A program made the translations under genes and the position numbers. Positions 37,788 through 49,949 of a stretch of DNA of 64,000 nt are shown here, in pieces; within the stretch, counting starts at the first letter, position 1; every line of letters begins with the position of its first letter. This DNA is from Eledone cirrhosa (taxonomy: Eukaryota): NCBI GenBank assembly GCA_964016885.1, contig OZ024745.1, positions 110,546,001 to 110,610,000 of the forward strand. Reading direction: 5' to 3'. The notes under the pieces are model-generated. The model searched no databases, was not told the origin of the DNA, and saw nothing but the letters and a program-made list of their open reading frames with translations.

Positions 37788-39633
37788 ATCATCATCATCA
37801 TCATCATCACCGTTTTACGTCCGTTCTTCCACGCTAGCATGGGTTAGACGGGTTGTCCTGTTGTGGGCAGTGTCTGGTCGGCTGACCATGCCTTGCTCAT
37901 ACAGGAACTGATCTGGCTTGATTTCTACAGCTGGATGCCCTTCCTAACACCAACCTCATTTACAGTGAGTGCTGGGTGCTTTTTCGTGGCGCCTACACGT
38001 CCACTTTACAGTGTGGGCTGGGTGCTTTTTTGCCGTGGCACCTCCACGACCACCTTGCGGTGGGGGGGGGGGGGCATATTGTTTATATGCTTCAGCATGT
38101 ACCCATGGGAGGTCGGGTACCCTGTATTACTGCGTGACGCCAGAAGTCACGGTCGTGTGTCATTGACTTTGAGAGGTGTAGTTGGGTAAGGTCGGCTTTT
38201 ATCACCTCATCCCAAGTCATCTTGGGTCTCCCCACTCCGCGGTTTCCATCAACTTCTAGTGCTCTGCACCTTTTTATGCAGCTGTCATCCTTCATACGCA
38301 TCACATGTCCATACCAGCGTAACCGCCTCTCCTGCACGCAGCATTTGATTCCTCTTATGCTCAGTCTCTCTCTCAATTCATTTATGCTTTGTCGTTCACG
38401 TATATTACTGTTACACATCCATCGGAGCATGCAGGCTTCGTTTCTCTCTAATCTACGTAAGTCTTCCACCTTCAGCGCCCAGGTCTCACTACCATGCAAC
38501 ATCGCTGTTCGGATACACGCATCATACAGTCTGCCTTTCATTCCGAGGGAGAAGCCTTTTGCAGCTAGCAGTGGTAGTAGTTCCCTAAACTTCTTCCATC
38601 CCGTTCTTACCCTAGTTATTGTACTTTCTGAGCACCCACCTCCGTTGCTAATTCGGTCACCTAGGTAGCAGAAGCTGTCTACTGTTTCTACAGGGCCCTC
38701 CCAGAGATTGGTGGTACTTGTTTCCTGTGGCTGTTTGCTTGCTGTTTCAGCACAGCTGCTGCATGTGAATCCTACATTCTTAATTAAGCTTCCTGAGATC
38801 CCGCTACATCTCTTGTGTACCCATTGTTTGCATTTGGGGCAAAGAATGGAGTTCCTACCTACACCTTTCCTACATACTGAGCAAGGCCATTTCCCTGAGG
38901 GGATCTGGGTTCTGTTTTCTCGTCTACTTATAAGGACCTTAGTCTTTGTCATGTTGACTTTGAGGCCCTTTCTCTCTAGTCCCTGCTTCCAGGTTTGGAA
39001 TTTATTCTCTAGTTCTACCATAGATTCAGCTATGAGTGCGAGGTCATCAGCATACAGGAGTTCCCATGGGCATCCGGTCTTAAACTCCTCCGTTATTGCC
39101 TGCAGGACTATGATGAACAGGAGAGGGCTAAGAACAGAGCCCTGGTGGACCCCAACCTGTACGCTAAATTCCTCGCTATACTCATTGCCAATCCTAACTT
39201 TGCTGACTGCTCCCCTATACATGGCTTGTACCGCTTTCACAAGCCATTCATCTACTCCTAGTTTTCTAAGAGCCCACCAGATTACTGCACGTGGAACTCT
39301 GTCAAAGGCTTTCTCAAGGTCGACAAATGCCAAGTAGAGTGGCTTACTTTTAGCTAGGTACTTTTCCTGTAATTGCCTCACAAGGAAGAGCGCATCAGTG
39401 GTGCCTTTCCCTGGAACAAACCCAAATTGCATCTCGTCTATATTCACCCGGTCCCTAATCAGCTGTGCTATAACTCTTTCTGTTACTTTCATGACCTGGT
39501 CCATCAACTTTATACCTCTATAGTTTCCTCTATCTAGTGCATCGCCTTTACCTTTGTAGCAGTTGACAATGATGCTACTGCACCAATCTTTTGGTATGGC
39601 CCCCTCTAGTATTACCTGGTTAACGATACGTGT
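37788..39633 (-). mobile_element. young 5'-truncated RTE LINE, copy 2 (inverted; open frame 39633-38092)
   Basis: Mirror image of 35943-37785 with (GAT)7 tail; I see two substitutions, one silent and one R-to-G. Confidence 0.97.
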
Positions 39634-39655
39634 ATATACATATATATATACATAC

Positions 39656-39686
<31 letters not shown>

Positions 39687-39701
39687 CATATATATATACA
39701 A

Positions 39702-39754
<53 letters not shown>

Positions 39755-39893
39755 CATATATATATACATATATATATATATATACATATATATATATTTA
39801 CATATATATATATTTACATATATATATATTTACATATATATATATTTACATATATATATATACATATATATACATATACATATATATATATAC

Positions 39894-39926
<33 letters not shown>

Positions 39927-40697
39927 CATATATATATACATACATATACATACATATATATACACATATATATACACATATATATATATACACATATATA
40001 TATACACATATATATATACATACATATATACATACATATATATACACATATATATACACATATATATACATACATATATATATACATACATATATATATA
40101 CATATACATACATATATATATACATATATATATACATATATATGCGCATATATATACACATACATATATATACACATACATATATAGACACATACATACA
40201 TACATATATATATATAAATACACATACATACATATATATATACATACATACATATATACATACACATACATATATATATATACATATATATATATACATA
40301 CACATATATATATATACATACATATATATATACATACACATACATATATATATACATACATATATATATACAAACATATATATATACATACATATATATA
40401 TACATACATATATATATACAAACATATATATATACATACATATATATATACATACATATATATATACATACATATATATATACATACATATATATATATA
40501 CATACATATATATATACATTCATATATATATACATACACATACATATACAGACACATACATAAACATACATATGTATATATACATACATATATATATACA
40601 TACATATACAGACACATACAAACATACATATATATATATATATATACATACACAGACACATACAAACATACATATATATATATATACATACACATAC

Positions 40698-40728
<31 letters not shown>

Positions 40729-40962
40729 CATATACATACATATATATACATACATACATATACATACAGATATATACATACATATACATACATACATACA
40801 TACACATACATACATATACATACATACATACATATATACATATTTATATACATACATATATACATACATACATATATACATACATACATACATATATACA
40901 TACATATATATGCATGTATATATATATATATTATATACATATATATATATATATAATATATA
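39634..40962. repeat. ~1.3 kb (TA/TACA)n tract
   Basis: Read directly; same strand polarity (CA on +) as 32690-34755. Confidence 0.95.
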
Positions 40963-42359
40963 TGTTATATTTTAAAATGTTCAATCAAAGTGTAAATATG
41001 AACAAATTTAGAGAGAAAATTAAAAATTTCACAAATATCAGTTCTATTATTGAAAAATAATTGCTCTGTTTGAAAACAAAAGGGAGATTTAGATTTTATC
41101 ACACTATTACTAAAGAGGAAGGTACACATTTGGAATCAAATATATTGATTTGATTTTAATAAGGTGTTGAGAAAACAAAGCTTTAAAGATTGGTAAAATA
41201 TATCTAATTTCATAAAATGGTCTTTTTTAACAGGATTTTTTTTTCAAATATAATGTTGAAGACAATTTAATTACTATGTTATATATGAAAAACATAATTA
41301 AAACTAAAGAAAACATCAATATATATATATTTATTATATCAACATTACATCTGTGTGTGTCTGCATGCTAATATATATATATATGTGTGTGTATAAATAT
41401 ATATATATATGCATGTGTGTGTGTGTGTATGTGTATGTGTGTCTGTGTGTGTATATGTGTGTGTATGTATATATATATAATATATATGGTATATATATAT
41501 ATATATGTTGTTGTTCTAAAAGGAATTTAAAATTGTCAGATCAAATCTAATATGTAAAAAATACATAGTATTGATATGTCTTTACTAACAAATCCATTAG
41601 AATGTATGGACAGGTAATGGAAGGTGTAACTGAACAAGTTGATGGTATGACAGTCTGCTATCTAAAGTGGCCATAGTTTGTATTCCATTAACTGCAATTT
41701 TCCCAGGTCTATGACCAAAATATCTAAATTTTGCTGGATCGGTGTTATATGTAAATTGTGTATCTCAGGCTACTTTTATTTTAGTTAGCATAAAGGAAGA
41801 CATGACTTTATGCAATTGGGTGTGCTCAATAAGCAAAAATGAATTAAGTTACAAAAAAGAAACTATGGTTGCAAAAGTGATGCAGTACGATCAGAGACAG
41901 ACTGACAAAGGACATTGTGTATAGCAGATGTGCATGAGGAATCAACAGTAAGATTACTCATAACATACTAGCGTGGAAAATGGACGTGGAAAATGGCATG
42001 GAAAATAGACGTAAAAGGATGATGATGATGATAGATCCTTACAATTGCTCAGAGGGCTCGCTAGTTAGCTTCCCTAGATAATTTGGTTACTTTGGTTACA
42101 TATGCTAACAGTGGAGATGTTCCAAAAGCATAGGAGCCAGAGCTAGAAGGGGATAGAAGGAGGTTTGAGCACTATAACCACTACTGACAACCAAGACGTT
42201 CTGTTACCAAGAAATGGCAGAATTTTTATGCTCGAGTATAAAATGCAATACTACACAGCGGTGAAACGGACATTGAATGCAGAAGATGTGGCAAGCTGGT
42301 ACAACAAATTGGGGAAAATACAGTTTGACTGTGTCAGGAAAGAGCACAACAGATGCACT

Positions 42360-43530
42360 ATTGTTACCGAGACAATTACTAGAAAAGTTCCTAGCCAAGT
42401 GTAAGCCACTACATCTAGCTTTTGTTGAGATGGCCATTGATGGGCTCATATGATCTGTCATTTGGTGACCCTTAAGGAAACTGGTAGTAGATGAGTGGTT
42501 TGTGAAATAGACGCAAGTCATGTACAGAGGTGGTGTTAGTAAAGTGAGAGCAGAGTTTAGTGAGGAATTCGATATATAGGAGGGGTGTTTATTAAGGTGA
42601 AGTTCTCCAGACCATAACTGAAGGGTCTAAGACTGACTGACTGGATGCTGTGGTTCTTATAGTTATATCTGTGGAAGAGCTTCAGAAGAAATTTCTGTTG
42701 TGGAAACTGAACATAGAACTAAAAGGGCTCAGAATAAATCCAATGAAGACAAAAGTTTTAGTAAGTAGGGAACAACAACATGACTGATTTCATAAGGAAA
42801 GTGACCATGCTTAGTAGGTAGAAGTAGGTAGGAACTCGATATGATGTACACAATGAAAGGTATGGGTACACAAGATGTGTAGTGGGATTCTAGGCTGGTT
42901 TACAAAAAAGATACATTTTACATATGGCAGCTGTACAGCAGTAAATAGTGAGAGCACTAATGAAATAAATCTTTTCTAATCCCAGAAAGGTAACATAGAA
43001 GTTAATAGTTCTGGTTACAAAAGAGACTTAATTAGCATTAGAGGTGTTTGTTGCTCTGAAAGCATAGTAACTAGAATAAGAACAGGTGAATGGTAAATTC
43101 TATAGTGCTTGTATGAGAAATGAGATGTTGCATGGCAATGAGACATGAGCAGTAGATGCAGTGGCTGGAGAGAAATGAAGTAAGTATGGTCCATTGGATG
43201 TGAAATTCTGGTATGCTTGAATTGAGAGGAAAACTGGCTATAAGTGGAATCAGATTTAGTGTAAAAGAGAGAATATTGTGCTGGTATCGATATATGATGG
43301 TTTTGGATGATGATCACTGGGTGAAAAAGTGCCAGTAGATGCCAGTGGAAGGAAGCTGCAGTAGGGAAAGACTGAAGAACACCTGAGTTAAAATGATTAG
43401 AGCTAATCTTAAAACATTGAACCTCATAGAGGAGATAACGAAAGAATGCAACAAATGGAGGGGAGCTGTGCTGGAGTGAATCTGTCGAAGCCATGCAAAC
43501 ATAGAAAAGCAAACATAAAAGATGATGATG
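42360..43530 (+). mobile_element. old, heavily decayed RTE copy (RT to 3' tail)
   Basis: QLLEKFLAKCKPLHLAFVE, KGLRINPMKTKVLVS and WVHKMCSGI remnants; ends ...aaagatgatgatga. Confidence 0.85.
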
Positions 43531-43561
43531 AATTTATGTGCATGGCTATGTTTGTAATGTA

Positions 43562-43700
43562 GAGGCATGTGGCCTAGTGGTAAGGGTGTTGGACTTGTGA
43601 TCATAATGTCGTGGGCTGCATTGAGTGTTGTGTTCTTGAGCAAAACACTTCATTTCGCATTGCTCTAGTATACTCTGCCGTAAATGAATACCAGCAATAG
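43562..43700 (+). mobile_element. tRNA-derived SINE with Meta-like core
   Basis: tggcctagtggtaagggtgttgg...ttcttgagcaaaacacttcatttc; related to 46457-46700. Confidence 0.7.
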
Positions 43701-44044
43701 TTGGGGGTTTAACTCTCCTGAGTTAATCAAAGTTAGTACCAGTCAACTATTAATTTTGATTTACTTGACTTTCCTCTCCCCCAAATTGCTGGCCTTGTGC
43801 CTAAATAAGAATCTTGAAAAAATATGTACTGGGTCAATATGATTAAAAATCTCTTCAAGGCAGTGCCTCAGCACAACAAAGCTGCAGTCTAATGACTAAA
43901 AGAATAAAATATATACATATACACAGATATACTTTTACACACACACACACACACACATACACACATACACACATACATATATATATATATATATAACATT
44001 CGTGAATTGTTACAGATATAATTTACATGTATACAGATTTCTGC

Positions 44045-44273
44045 TTAACGCTCTAGCATTTAAACCGGCCATATCCGGCCAGAATTCTTTCACCTCTTTC
44101 TGTTCAAACTGACCATAATTGGCTGCTCATACTTATGTTAAGATATTGTTCTCAAAATAAATAATATCAAAATCTCATAGATTCGATATTATGTGAGATA
44201 ATTATGTGAGATGAAGCCTTTACCATGAAAATACAATAGTAAATATAGAATAATATAAATGCTAAAGGGTTAA
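44045..44273. mobile_element. piggyBac-like MITE, family 2
   Basis: TTAA-cgctctagcattta ... taaatgctaaaggg-TTAA. Confidence 0.8.
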
Positions 44274-46456
44274 AAAAGTAATATCATTGAACATTTTTAA
44301 CACCTATTTATAAAGTACAACACTGCATAAGATTTCCTAGTTTTTCAAATATACCAAAATATAATTAACTGTGTACTTAATCTAAGTATTTTAAAAACAA
44401 TTTAATTGATATTTTTCTTACTGGTGCGTGCTTCTTGACCTGTATTCTTTTTCATAATTTGAGAATAAATTAAGATATAAATTGTGTAGTTTTGTAGTTT
44501 GAGATGACCTCTTTAGTTCTACTTCAATATAATTTACTTTATAAATCAGAAATCTAAGTGAAAATTAATAAAAGCCAATATTTATTATTTAATTATTGTT
44601 TGAAATGTTATAAAAATAATGCGTCTCTTAGAACTAACTTAAAGAAAACAAATAGAAACAATACAATTTTCCAAGGACAGTTATTCATACAAATGAAAAA
44701 TCTTCAAGTTCTTATGAATAAAATGTTTTAATTTGATTGTATTAACTTGAAAGACATTAATTTATCTAATTTCATAATGATAAATCATAAACTGAAAAAT
44801 GGAACAACAAAATAAAAGGAGAATAAAGACTTACTTTAAACAGACTAATAGCTTTCTGAAACTAAAAGGTGTTTAGAATTCATATGAAAGGAAAAACTGA
44901 TCACTTAAGAGTAGATTCTGCATGCTAGCAAATACGAAATATGAAATCCTACATAGAGTTAACTACAAGATAATGTGACATAAAGCAAAAAAAATAAGAT
45001 TGCATATAACATTTTTGTAAAAGTAACAAAGATTTGACAGATATCAACTATACTTAGTTCATCATATAAAAAGTAGAGAAATGAAATAAATCTCATTAAT
45101 AACGAAGCAAGCCTTGATATCAATAGGGTAAGCATTAAGACTGAGCTTGGGCAAGTTTTGAACATGAGGGAAATTCTTTCCAAATAAAAGAAATGAATAG
45201 ACAAAATATATATCAAATAATACAGGCAAAAAAGTTTGAAAAGAATTTCCATAAAGGAAATAAATAAAACACTGTGCATCAACAGATAAGATTATAAAAA
45301 AAAAGTATGATTGCTTTGCTATTCTAGCAGATAAAAAAAAATATATGGATCTGCTTGTTTCTTAAAAATCATCTCTCATGAGTGGGAGAAACAAAAGAAA
45401 AACAAAATTTTATAAATAAACTAGACTATAACAACTAAGAACAACAGTTTGCATTTGGATAGAGGTAGTCTTTCTCCCTTGTTCAAGCATCGAGGTCAAT
45501 TGCCAAAGTTAATGTTGATTGTATTTTCAAAAGGCTTTCTTAGTAGATTGATTTTCGTCCAATGTACATCAAAACCGTCAGCATTTTTTTTCCATTTTTT
45601 GTTTATACACACAACCATGAACACAAGGAGAAAACGAGGTTTAAAAAGATTAAAGAAAATACTTTCCACTTTCTTTTCAGATATTACCCTAAGAGAAGGC
45701 GAACTAAAAGAAAAAAAATGGCAAAACACGTAAAAGTATAAACATTAGCCAAAAGTAACAAAAAAAAACAAAACTTTCCTTAGTGATGACATTTCTTGTC
45801 AATTCTTTTCATACTTGTATCCATCTTGTCATACCTCACTTCTCCAGTCTCACATAGAAAATTGTTACATCAGGGACAGAACAAAGAATGCCTTCAATTT
45901 TTCCTCTCCGACGACATTTTATGGTATTAATGATGTTTTATCTACCTCCAATTGGAGTTAAAAGCTTTCTTTTGGTTATATTTTTTGAAATTTCTTTATT
46001 TGTGTGTGTGTTTCAAATAAGATGTTAATAATGGTTTCTAATAATAAAAACATTAAATAAAATAAGAAAATTGTGAAATAAATAACCAAGTTTATATAAT
46101 CGCATGTTCAATATCAAAACACCAAATATTTTAACCAAGTTAAATACATATTTAAATGTGAGCTATTTAATTTTAAAGCCTAAGATTATAATACAGTGAT
46201 TAAAGATTAAGGTATACATTGTTTTACGTTGAAAGTTTCTGTATTTTAGGGAGAGTTGGAAAGGAAGTATTGTGACAGTCATCATTTCTCAACTGATGAG
46301 AATTAACTGCAACTTATGGTGTTAATTCCCCAGAATTGAAACCATTGTTCTATAGTGTTTAAAACAAGTAAAATTCAACAATGCAAAAATTGTAAAACCA
46401 AATAAACATTAGAATGTGTAATTAATATTTTAATCACTACTTCTCCAAATTTGTGA

Positions 46457-46700
46457 AGGCGAATGGCCTTGAGGTAAGGGTGTTGGACTTATGATCATGA
46501 TGTCGTGGGTTTGATTACTGGTCTAGGTTGAATGTGTTCTTGAGCAAAACACTTCATTTCACATTGCTCCAGTATACTCAGCTGAAAATGAGTACCTGTC
46601 CAGAGAGAAGTCTTGTACTCTCAGTTGCTTCACACCATGAAACCGGTATAAGCACTGGCCTAAAAAGCCTTCTGGCTTAGGACTTTAGACTTTTTATTTT
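46457..46700 (+). mobile_element. tRNA-derived SINE with Meta-like core and a non-RTE tail
   Basis: Core as in family A, but 3' part tcagttgcttcacaccatgaaaccggtataagcactggcc...gactttagacttt. Confidence 0.7.
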
Positions 46701-46759
46701 AGACTTCTACAAATTGAGAGATCATGGCTCTGTTACTAAGAGCATGTGATCAAAATGTC

Positions 46760-46960
46760 TAAAAAAAGAATTGCTGGACAGGTTTTATGTGCAAAACCAA
46801 CTGGCAGGAGACATAGAGTAGACCCTGAGCAAGGTGGTTGGATAACATCCATGAGCTCTGCTAATCTTGCTTGGAGATCCAGCTGAATCAATTAGAAACA
46901 GTTGCTTCTGACAGGACATGCTCCTATGACCCTCCCAGGAATAAGTGGGCAAAGAAGATG
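46760..46960 (+). mobile_element. RTE-like (Rex3-like) 3' fragment
   Basis: Reverse-complement similarity to 2055-2240. Confidence 0.75.
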
Positions 46961-48875
46961 TATAATTAAAATTTTAAGTGAAAGGTTTTTAAACTGTAAA
47001 GGTTTAAGTTTTTATTACCTAGATTGGGATTATTACAAATTGTCACAAAATTAAATGTACTAATTATTAGATAGCATTGCCTTTTTAGTTCCCCTAACAA
47101 TGCTAGCCTTTTCTAAACTGTCCTAAGTCTTGTTTATGGGCAACAATGTTTTGCTGTCTCAAAAAGAATCTCTCAATTTGGCAAATTCATCTACATTAGC
47201 ATTAGGGGAGATTAGTGTTAGGGCAGGCTATTTTTGTAGCATGAATTGTAGATAAATTCACCTAGAATCCAAAGTCTCATTAAATGGTGCTACTAGATTA
47301 GATCCTACTTTTTTTCAATTTCTTTATATCATCATTTAATTTTCAAGCGGTTTAGCTCTATATTATAAATCTTATTTAATTTCTTTTATTTTAGCGATAA
47401 TCAACATTTAAAATCCTAGAGCTACCAAATGGCTTTACATATTGCCATTATACCCTCAATCTATAGATTCTCCCTATTTTTCATGTTAATAAACCATGAA
47501 AGGAATACTCTCAGTAAAAAAAGGTTATATTATCAAAGAGAAATTTTAATGGGGGAGAAAAAAAACAACCTTTTTGTAAAATACCCAAATAAATTATATG
47601 CTTGGTAGATATTCAACCTTTTGCACGGTTATTGTTTCATAATGTCAATAAAATTTCTTGTAAAGAAGTGAAATAACCAATTTACTTAGTCTGATGCACA
47701 AACTGAACCTAAATAATAACATGTTAACTTTTAACGAAATATGTTCCATACCAAACATTGCTTCACAAATGAGGCAGAAGCCAGAAGATGTGTGAAATTC
47801 TAATGTTTTCAGACGTGAACATTTCCATTGAAATGAATGTAACATTAACAAAAGGTAGATATTTTAAATATGAATTTATCTATGTAAAAGAAAAGCTAAA
47901 AAAAATTATACAAAAAGTTTTATTGTATTAAATTTTAATATGTATATAATAAAACAACATAGATATTCAAAGTAATTTATTTATTCATTTAAGTCTAAAT
48001 GTTATGAACTGCTGGAATATTTTGCTAAAAAATGTAGACAAGTTTTGTTACCTAGGTGACCTAAACAGTATTAGGGTGAAACCTTAACACTCTTTAGTAT
48101 GACATCAGAAGAATAAACATGATTGGAAGAAATTGAGGGAATTTGTCAGATAACAAAGAGATTCTCTTTCCATTAAATGTATAATTTCTTCATCAGAAAT
48201 ATGAGGTTGTCTGTCTGTGAACCATGGATAGTGAAGAAGAATCATTACAAGGTAAAACTACAACAGATAGATATAAACAGGTTGAATATACAAAGGAAAC
48301 TTGAGAGGAGGGCTGATAAGATAGCAACATATAAAAAGTATTGATGTTTAGGTAAGAGGTGACAGTGTTGATCTATGTATGTAATATATAAATAATGAAT
48401 ATAGCAGGCGATCTGAAAAAGTGTTCCTCAATGGTTATGTTTTTTTTTATATTTAATTATTTATTCATTTTTATTTCATTAGTCTAAGGTAGTGGAAAGT
48501 ACTTGTGATTGTATTTCTGCCACCATAGAAATAATTCATACTATAAATATGAAAAGAGTAACAAAGAACAATATTAGTATTCATATAAACTTATTAACTC
48601 AATTCTCTCTCTCACTAATAAACAACTTACCAAAATACAAGCTAATATGGTAGCACGGCCTGCTAGAAATAGCAAACAAATTCCCTTGAAGCTACACCTT
48701 ATTTTTAAAAAAAACGACATTTTGGATAATATGGTCCCAGATACATTGCCACCTGAAAATCACTGGAATACTTGGATCATAAGTCTGCTTAATTAGAGCT
48801 GATCTGGAGCTAGACAATAACAACTTAGAAAAATAAGAAATATTTTTGCTTTATAAGAACTAAAGACTATGTAAC

Positions 48876-49515
48876 TAACCTTTTTGATAACTACCTATCC
48901 AAAACCACCTTGGGTCCTATAAAATAAAAAAGCATTTTAAAGGATTTCTATGTAAATTTAAATATTCCAACATAATTTTGTGTAAGAACCATATGTTATG
49001 TTACAAATACCATCTTAATAATAATTATTTTTACTGTTGTCACAAGGCTAGCAATTTAAAGAGAAGGGGAAAGTCAGTTAAATTGACCCTAGGGTGTTAC
49101 TGGTACTTTATTTTATCGACCATGTAAGGATGAAAAACAAAGCTGGGATCAGCAGGATTTGAACTCAGAATGTAAAGAGCCATGACTATGCCAATCCACT
49201 GCCCTTTTGAATCGTTTCTACTTTAGGCACAAGGCCAGCAATTTGAAGGGGTGCGGGGAAAGTCGATTAAATTGACCCCAGTATATTACTGGTTCTTTAT
49301 CTTAACCCCATAAGGATGAAAGGCAAAGTTATCCTTGGAAGGTTTTGAACTCAGAATATAAATGGCCGTACTATGCTGCAAAGCATGGTGTCTGATGCCC
49401 AACTGATACTGCTAATCCACCGCCCTCCTTCTTAATAATAAAAAATGATAATTAATAATAGTATTTCCATCCAAATTCTTCATTAATCAATTCAAATAGT
49501 GTATTTTATTAGCAA
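48876..49515. mobile_element. family 1 MITE interrupted by two tandem minus-strand family B SINEs (49024-49429)
   Basis: MITE halves flank the SINE pair; tcttaataata is repeated at 49013-49023 and 49430-49440. Confidence 0.75.
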
Positions 49516-49550
49516 TATCATGACGAAAGGTTTAAATACATTTAGTGTGT

Positions 49551-49949
49551 GAAAGCACATGGCTTAGTGGTTAGAGCATTGGGCTTGCAATCGAAAAGTT
49601 GTGAGTTTAATTCTTGGACCGGGTGATGTGTTGTTTCCTTGAGCAAGACACTTTATTTCACACTACTCCAGTTTACTCAGCTGTAGAAATGAGATGATAG
49701 GATTGGGGTCCCTATCATTCCACTGCAAAGAGGTCATGGAGGTGCCATGGCAAAAAAGCATCCAGCACTCACTGTAAATGAGGTTGGTGTTAGGAAGGGC
49801 ATCCAGCTGTAGGAATCAAGCCAGAATCAGTTCCCGCATGAGCAAGACAGCGTCAGCCGACTGGACACTGCCCACAACAGGACAACCCGTCTAACCCATG
49901 CTAGCGTGGAAGAACGGACATAAAACGGTGATGATGATGATGATGATGA
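49551..49949 (+). mobile_element. full-length SINE family A, (GAT)n tail variant matching the RTE terminus
   Basis: Head and core as at 24843; 49720-49949 is colinear with the RTE 3' UTR including ggacaacccgtctaacccatgctagcgtggaagaacggac. Confidence 0.92.

Noticed and set aside
39563-41060. ORFs of up to 470 aa
   Set aside because: Microsatellite artefacts.
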